Assembly: GCA_040901675.1 (NCBI GenBank)
Contig: JBBDYJ010000037.1
Coordinates: 771 to 64,770 of the forward strand
Reading direction: 5' to 3'
DNA from: Pirellulales bacterium
GTDB lineage: Bacteria; Planctomycetota; Planctomycetia; Pirellulales; JAICIG01
Length of the DNA stretch: 64,000 nt
Below, in pieces: positions 44,401 to 53,400 of this stretch (position 1 is the stretch's first letter; each line of letters opens with the position of its first letter). A program made the position numbers and the translations under genes. A model generated the notes under the pieces. It had not been told where the DNA came from. It saw only the letters and a program-made list of their open reading frames with translations, and made no database searches.

Positions 44401-47400
44401 TTCAGCTTGGGCGATTTGGATGTTGACCTCGTCGGCACGCTGACCCGCATTGCGGGCGTGATCGATTACTCGCTGGCAGCCGAGATTGCCGGCACGCTGG
44501 TCGCCGGGCTGGAAATCATCGATCTCGCGCCAGGGCAACCCTCGAACGTCACCCTGACCAAGGCCGATGGTTTGAACCTGGACGCTCGGGCCGATGCGTT
44601 CGGGGTGAACTTTGTGCTTTCGGGCGCGCTGGACGTCAGCGGCGATTTCTCACTGGCGGTGACGGCCGAACCGTTCGAGCTCGGCGGCCTGACCATTGTG
44701 CTGGCCGGCCAGATTACCGGTGTCTCTGGAGTGCTCGACTATGCGCTCGAAGGAGACGTGTCCGGCGAGCTCTTGCCCGGCCTGACGATCGTCGAGCTTT
44801 CGCCCGGGGTGCCATCGTCTGTCTCGCTGACCAAGGGCGACGGGCTGACGCTTGATGGCCGCGCCGAGGCATTCGGGTTGGATCTCAACATCGACGGCCA
44901 GTTCCACGCAACCGGCAACTTCAATCTGTTGGTGTCCACCGACCCGTTCGATATTCCCGGCGCGGCTGGCAACGTCATCCTGGCGGGCAGCATCTTCCGC
45001 AACGCGGCAGGCTTGGACTGGCTGCTCACGGCGGAGGTGAGCGGCTGGGAGCCGGCGCCGTTCCTCAACGTGCCGCTGCTGGAGGTTCGGCTGGGCGTAG
45101 CGGGCCTCGAATTCGACGCCGTAGCCGATATCGGCGACCTGGAGGACGTGCACCTGTTCGGCGACTACGAGTTCGATTCCGCGACGTTTGCACTGGCCGC
45201 GGCCGCGCCGCTCGAAGATCCCTGGGAGCCGGTGGCCGAAGTGGAATTGACCGGCGTGCTGTTCACGGTCACCAATCGCGACGCCAATGGACTTCAGACC
45301 GGCGTCACCGCCTGCGCCACCGCCGACCTCGCGCTGTTCGGCAGCGGTTTTACCGTGGCCGCCTGCGTGACGCCACGCGGCACGTGGCTGGTGGCCACGC
45401 CCGAAGGGCCGTCGTTCGAGCCGGTGCCGGGCCTTTCGCTGGACGATCTGCACCTGGTCGTCAGCACGTACGACTTCGGCGACTTCGATCTTGCCTTCGA
45501 CCTCGACACGCTGGGTGAAGTGTCCAGGCCGTCCGGCGGATTGACCGGACGGCTGCGCGACATCAGTTTTGGCATCAACCTGGTGGCGACGAGCTTCTTG
45601 CCGGATGGCATCCCCGGCATCGGCGGCAGCGAAGTCCAGATTGGAGGCGTGATCGGCAGCAGCCTGCCCGATATGCTGATCGAAGCCCTCATCGTTCTGG
45701 ACCAGCCCTGGGTGCTGGCCGACGTGATCCAGATCGATTTGCTGGGTCTGCGGATCAGCGGCCAGCCGTCGCTGACCATCTTCGGCGATGGGCGGATCCT
45801 GCACGACCAGATTCCCGGTCTGGACGAGGATATTCTCGTCCGTGCCGCGCTGTCGCTGACCACCACCGAGCTGAACGGCTCGCTCTCGTTGCTGGCGCCG
45901 GTCCACGACGTGTTCGGCGTGGAGGGCTTGAACATCATCGAGGCCGACGTACAAGTCGGCATCAGCTTCGTGGCCACCCCTGTGCCGCCCCCCACCGTGG
46001 GCTTCAACTTCCTGGTCGAGACGCCCGAGATCGCCCAGGACCTGCTGAGCGTGCCGGCCACGCTGGGCGCGTCGCTCAAGGTGAGCAACATCGAGCCGAT
46101 CTTTGCCATGACGGTCATCGATTGGGTTCCCTACGGCAACCTGGGGCTCACGCAGTTCGTGGTGAACGAGGGCACGCTGGTCGTGGCGCCCAATGGCGGC
46201 ACGATCGGCACCAAGACGTTCGATCGTGGCTTCAGCGCCTCCTTCGACATCGACATCTTCGGCACCAACGTGGCCTTCCTGGGCGTCTTCGACGAAGACA
46301 CCCAGGGCATCGTCATGGAGGGCTTTGTATCAGCCTTCGAGGTGGCGGGTATCGGCATCACCGGCGAAGGCCCGGATGGCATCTTTGAGGACGGCGTGGT
46401 TTCCAGCCCAACGGATGCCGATGCCGATAATGCGGTTGTCTTTCGGGCGGCCCTGACGGCCGCGGCGCCCCAGAACAACGGCCTGGCGTTTTCCGGCCGG
46501 ATCGACCTGCCGGGCGAGGACGAAGCGGGCAATCCGGCCTTCATCGCGCTCTCCGGAGAGTTCGACAGCCTGGGAGTCGTGATCCAGGGGGAGATCCAGA
46601 ACTGGGCGATCGTTCCCTCAGTGATTCTGATCGATGAGGCGACCTTCACGCTGGCTATCCTCCTGGAGAATCCGGACCAGAACCTGGTCGCATTCACAGC
46701 CGACCTGGACTTGCTGGGCACGCACATCGTGGCGGCCGGCAGCCTCAGCGGCCAGGGACTCGCCCTGGCCGGCTCGCTGGAGCCCGGCAACCAGCGGTTT
46801 GCCGGAGTGCGCGTCGAACAATTTGGATTTTCGTTCAGCACACTGCCCGCCGATGAGCACCTGCGGGTCAACTTCCAGGTCGACTTGCCGGGGGCTGGCG
46901 GGCTGGTCAGCGTGGTGGGCGGCTTTGAGGACCAGACGCTGCTCCTGGATGCAAACATCAGCAACTGGCAGCCCATCCCCACGATGGTGTTTGCCGGCAG
47001 CCTGCACGCCGAAGCCGACCTGGCTGCCAGTTCGCTGGAATTGGACTTCGACGTCACCGGCAACGTGCTGGGCACTTCCACCCATTTCGTCGGCTCGATT
47101 TTTGCCGATCCCAGCGGGCTGACGCTGTACGCGACTGCAACCGTCGGGTTGAAGTTTCCCGGCGGGCTGAAGGTGGCGGACCTGGTCGCCACGATTGACC
47201 TGGGATACACGTCGCCGTTTTTCATTTCGCTGGCGGCCGACTTCCGCCTGCCCGGCACGCGGCCCGCCGACGTGCTGCTGCTGGGTGGCATCGGCACCAG
47301 CGGTGTCACGCTGGCGGGCAGCATCGATCGCTGGGGCCTGGTGCCGGGCCTCTTTTTCGACGGCGAACTGGAAGTCGAGGCGGATTTCCAGGCCACCTCG

Positions 47401-50400
47401 GTCGTGGTCAACATCGAAAGCGAAACCCACTTGCTGGGCACGCGGCTGTCGCTCGATGGCCAGTTGATGGCCGGCCCCGGCGTGTTCAATCTGGACCTCG
47501 AAGGAAGCGTACGGTTCCAAGGTCAGCGGTTCGGCTTTGTCGACCTCGACCTGGACGTGGAGCTGGCGACCAGCGGAACCGCCTCGAACCGTCAGTATCG
47601 GCTCGACTTCGACGGGCGCCTGCGGGCCCTGGGCGGAATCATCGACGTCCAGGCGGGCGCGACGTTGATCGCCCAGTCGGACGGCGGCTGGCTGGTGACG
47701 GCCACGGTCGACTTCGATCCGCCTCAGTTCAGCCTGGATTTGGGCGCCGTGACGATGAAGCTCGATTTCGACGCCTCGATGTCCTTGCAGTTCGGCAGCG
47801 ACCTGGACGACCTTGGGCTGGACTTGTCCGGCAAGTTGACGGCGTCGGCCTCCATTTCGGGGCTGGGCAGCTATTCGAAGACGCTTGCCTCGATCAATGT
47901 AAGCCTGAACCTCGACACCGGGATCATCAAGATTCCCAATGCGAAAATCAAGATCAAGAAAAATTCCCTCGGCATTCCGTACGGCATTGAGTGGGTCGAT
48001 CTCAACCTGAAGATGGGCGAGCCGGAACCGCCGACGACCACGGTCACCGCCAAGCTCATTCCCACCTCCTTCAAGTTGCCTGGCGAGCCCGCCCCGTCAC
48101 GGCTGGAGATCCGCGGTGGGGCCGCTCCGGAGTTCGTGCGCGTTCTGCGGCAAGGGGGCTCGATTTTTCCACCTTTTCCACCTCCTTCTCCCACTGACAC
48201 GGTGCTCGTGCAGGGTGCCGATGTCGAGGGACAATGGGTGACCCTGCTGACGACCACGGTGGGCAATCTGTCGTCGATCGATATCGACATGAGGGGGGGC
48301 AACGACAGTATCGACATCGATCCGGATCTTGATTTGCCGGCGACTATCCGCGGCGGCACGGGGGCCGACGTGATCCGCGCCGGCAACGGGCCGAATCTGA
48401 TTTACGGCGGCCGGGGACCGGTGGAAGACGACAATCAGCCCGGAACAGGGTTCGGAAAAGGCGGTCTGCCCGGCGGGATAGTTTTCACTGGATCCCAACC
48501 GGACCGGGGCGACCTGATTTCTGGCGGCAGCGGCAACGACACCATCTTCGGTGACGCCGGCAACGATACCATCACTGGTGGCGGCGGCAACGACCTGATC
48601 GACGGCGGCCAGGGCGTCAACATCATCAACGGCCAACTCCAGATCGCGGGGACCGCCCGGGGCGATCACATCGTCGTCGAGCGCGACCAGCGCATTGTGC
48701 CCGTCTGGGCCAGCAATATCAGCTTGGATTTGCCGGTTGGCGGTCTCACCGGCCAATCGGCCGGCGTCTCGATCAGCGCCATCGGCCGCCCCCCCGCCGT
48801 GTGGTTGCCGGTCAACGCCATCCCGTTGCCCGACGACGTGCCGGGCGAGTCGGTCGACGACATCGTGGTGCTGTCCAAAAACCGGCTGGGGACGGCCGTC
48901 ACGCTGTTCCGAACGCCGGTGGCGAGCCTGTCGTCGCTTTTGATTGCCGCCGGGGCGGGTGACGACGTCGTCGAGGTCAGCCAGATGCTCACCCTTCCGG
49001 TCGAGCTGCGCGGCGGCGCCGGCGACGACGTGCTGCGCGGCGGGGCCGGTCCCAACATTCTCCGTGGCGGCGATGGCGACGACGTGTTGATCGGAAGCTC
49101 CGCCGACGACTCGCTGTTTGGCGAGGCCGGCGACGATTACCTGGACGGCCGTGGCGGCAACGACCTTTTGGACGGCGGCCCGGGCGACAACACGATCGTC
49201 GGTGCCGCCGGCCCCGATCCCGTCGCAGGTGAAAACCCGCCACCGGTGGTCGAACCCATCGGCAGCTTTACCGTCAATGAGGGCGAGCTGCTGACGTTCA
49301 CCGTCGTGGCCGGCGACCAGTCCTCAGGCGGTGATGGCGACGGCGATGGGATCATCGCTCAGAATACGTTCGACGCGAGCGACGAGGGCTGGCGCATCGG
49401 CGAGTTCTTCAGCAATGCAGGTGACGGAATCCCCACGTTTTTGGCCTCCGGCGGCAACCCGGACGGGTTCATCCGCGCGACTGACAGCGCCGGCATCGTG
49501 GCCTTCCAGGCCCCGGCGCTGTTCCTGGGCGACCAGTCTGCGGCCTACGCCAAGACCTTGCACTTGGAGCAGCGACTTCTCACGTCAGACGGGGCGAATT
49601 ATCCGATGGTGCTGTTGTCTGACGGGACCCTTTTCCTGCAGTTCAGGACTGCCCCTCCGGGGACGGACTGGACCGCGTATGACATCCCGCTGGTCGCGTC
49701 GGCCGGTTGGGAGGTTTCGGACCTCTCGGACACGGCCGACCCCGACCCGGCGGCAACCGAGGCCCAACTTCAACAAGTGCTGGGCAATCTCACGCTCTTC
49801 AACATCTGGGCCGATTGGCAGACTGGGTCGGACCAGGTGGATCTGGACAACGTCCGCCTCAAGAGCGGCGATGACGGCCCGCTGAACGTCGAACTTGTCA
49901 AGGACGTTGTCGAAGGACCCCTCGGATCCAGCCCCTTCATGGGCGCCGTCGTCAACGGCGTTTTATTCTTTGGCGTCAACCACCCCGACCGCCAGCTTTG
50001 GAAGACCGACGGCACGGCCGCCGGAACGGTGTTGATCAACGACGGCATCGAGTTCGGGCTTCCCATGCGCGCCATCGGCGGGAACTTGTTCTTCATGGCC
50101 GACGACGGAGTTCACGGCACCGAGCCGTGGACGAGCGACGGCACCGCGGACGGAACGCAGATGGTCGTGGACATCAGGCCCGGAAGGACCTCCAATGCTT
50201 TCACGCGCCTGGCCGAGCTGAACGGCAAGCTCATCTTCAGCTACGACGACGGCACCAGCGGCGTGGAGCTATGGGTCAGCGACGGCACCGAAGCAGGCAC
50301 GACGCTGGTCAAGGATATCCAGCCGGGCAGCGCCAGCTCACAGCCAGACCGTTTTACCAACGTCGATGGCCGGTTGTTCTTCACCGCCGACGACGGTGTC

Positions 50401-53400
50401 GTGGGCCGGGAGCTGTGGGTCACCGACGGCACCGAGGCCGGCACGATGCTGGTCAGGGACCTCACGCCCAACGCGCCCGGCTTCACCGGCAGCCCGCTGA
50501 ATCTTACCGAAGCCGGTGGCAAACTCTTCTTTTCTCAGTTCAGGACCGGCAATGGCGACGAGCTGTGGATCAGCGACGGCACGGCCGCGGGCACCAACCA
50601 GGTCAAGGATATTTTCCCCGGCAGCAATAGCTCCAGTCCGAACGAGCTTGTCGAAGTCGATGGCACCTTGTATTTCAGAGCCCGCAGCGCCCTGGGGCCC
50701 GAACTTTGGAAGAGCGACGGTACCTTTGACGGCACCGTGCTGGTCAAGGACATCATCGAGGGGAGCGAAGAGTCCTTCCCCAGTTCGCTGATCAACGTGG
50801 CCGGAACGCTGATGTTCTTCGCCGATGGCCCCGAAACGGGATTTGAGCTCTGGAAGAGCGATGGCAGCGAGGCCGGGACTGTGTTTGTCAAGGACATCAA
50901 CCCCGGCCCCGACGACTCGGCGCGCCTTGGCGACGTTTCGTCCATGGCGGTCGTCGGGAACATCCTGTACTTCATCGGCTGTGATCAATCCGACTCCCAG
51001 GGCGATCCTACCAACTGCGAGCTGTGGCGAAGCGACGGCACCACCGAGGGTACCTTCCTGGTCCACGATTTCAGCCCCGCGGTGAACGACCCGGACCTGG
51101 GCACCAGCGCCGGTTCGCCCGGCAATTTGTTCGACTTCGACGGCACGCTGGTCTTCGCCGCCGTCGACGGCGTGCATGGCGAGGAGCTGTGGAAACTCAC
51201 TGGGCAGGCGTCGCCAAGCGAGGTGGTGTTCTCCGCCGCCGACGACTTCTCGGCCACCCAGAATCCGGCCGGCCCGTGGAGCTATGGCTGGTCGGCTGTC
51301 CGAGGCGGCGATTTTAACCTCTACCCGACGACGCAAGGCACAGCGGACGTTATTCCTAGTTGGGTCGATCCGGCCATTATTTCCTTGGGCGCTCCGGCCG
51401 TGTTCCACAACGAAACCGACCTGGTTCAGCAGCCTTCAACGGCGACGTTGCAGCCGAATCAGCTTGCCTTCCATCCCGGACAAAGCGGCGAGAACAGCAT
51501 CGTCCGCTGGACCGCTCCTGTCTCCGGCAGCTATCGAATCGAAGCCACGTTCAGCGGCATCGACAGCACGTCCACGGATGTTGCCGTGCTGGTCGACATG
51601 GGCGGCTTGGAGCTTTCGGAGGTCTTTAGCGGAGACATCAACGGCTTTGGCGACACGGAGTCGTTCACCAGCATCGTCACGGTGCTGGCCGGTAAAATCA
51701 TCGATTTTACCGTCGGCCACGGCGGCAACGGCTTTTTCAACGACAGCACGGGTTTGGACGCCACGATCACGCTGGTCACGGCGGTCACCTTCTCCGCGGC
51801 CGCCGACTTCTCGGCCACGGACAACCCGGCCGGCGCATGGAGCTACGGCTGGTCGGATCCGAGCGGCGACGGCTTTACGCTGTTTGCTAGCAGCGAGGTC
51901 GACGAAGCCGGCGTGGTCACATGGAACGACGTCAACACCTTCGACTCGTTGTTTCCGGCGCTTTTCTTCAATTCGGCTGACGCCCAGAACGTGGTCGGCA
52001 CATGCGGCACGGCCGCTATCCAACCGGGGCAACTGGCATTGCATCCTGGCAGCGACCAGGCGAGTGTCGTCCGCTGGACCGCCCCGGCCAGCGGTACTTA
52101 CACGGTCACGGCCACGTTCACGGGCATCGATTTCGAGTGTCCGCCAACCGCCACGGTCTTGGTGCTCCACAACACGGGCGCCTCGGAACCCAGCGAGCTG
52201 TTCTCCGACTCGATCGACGACGATGGCGACGTGGCTGCGTTCAGCGGGTCGGTAACCGTGGCGGCCGGCGAGACGCTCGATTTCCTGGTCAACGACGGCG
52301 GCGATGGCCGATTCGGCGATACCATCCTCCTGGACGTAGTCATTCGTGGTGAGGCATCGACGCCGCCACCACCGCCCCCCGGTACTGGGACCGTTACTTT
52401 CAGCCTCGACCCCGGCGCGCCCGAAGGGGCCGCCATCGATCCGGAGACCGGCGTCTTCACCTGGACGCCGGCGGCGGAGCACGGGCCGGGCGCCTACATC
52501 GTGACGGTTCGCGTCACCGACGAGGGCACGCCTCCGGTCAGCACCACGCAGACCTTCCTGGTCACGGTGGTCGACCCGAACGAGGCGCCGCAGATTGCCC
52601 CGATCGACCCGGTGAGCGTAGAGCAGGGAGCGACTCTTGCAATCGACGTGCTGGCCACCGATCCCGACGTGCCCGCCAACCGGATCGCGTTCAGCCTCGA
52701 CGAAGGGGCGCCGGCCGAGGCCTCGATCGATCCGCGGACGGGCCGCTTTACCTGGCGGCCCTTGAGGTCGACTGAGCCGGGGACCTACGAGGTCACCGTC
52801 CGCGCAACCGACGACGGCGAGCCGGCACTCGACGCCACCGCCACGTTCAGCATCACGGTCACCGAGCGTGCCTTGCCGCCGTCGCGCGATCCGGAGGCGG
52901 GCTCGTTTGTGATCGATCCCGACGGCGTGGCAGTCTACACCAAAGCCGATACGTTCCAACACGTCGACCGGCTGGCATACCTGGATGACGATGGCGACGA
53001 CGGCGTCAACCTGGTCACCGCCGAGTTCACCAGCGAGCCGTTCCGCAACGTGTCGAGCCTGTATGAGGACCTGCTCGATCGAGACGCTTCGGACGGCGAG
53101 GTGATCGACTGGACTGGCCGGCTCGATGACGCGACGTTCCGCGGCGTCGCGGGCGAATTCCTCGCTTCGCGGGAGTACGTGCAGAACGTGGTGCAGGAGC
53201 TTTTCGAATCGCTGCTGGACCGGCCGGCCGATCCGGGGGGTCTCGATTTCTGGACCGGCCAGCTTCTGGGGGGCACGCCCGCCGACACGGTGCGGGCGCT
53301 GATCGTTGCCAGCGAGGAGTATTTTGCCCAGCACGCCTCGGCCCGCGAGGACTTTGTCGTCGGACTGTATGAGGATCTACTCGAACGAACGCCCGGCGAG

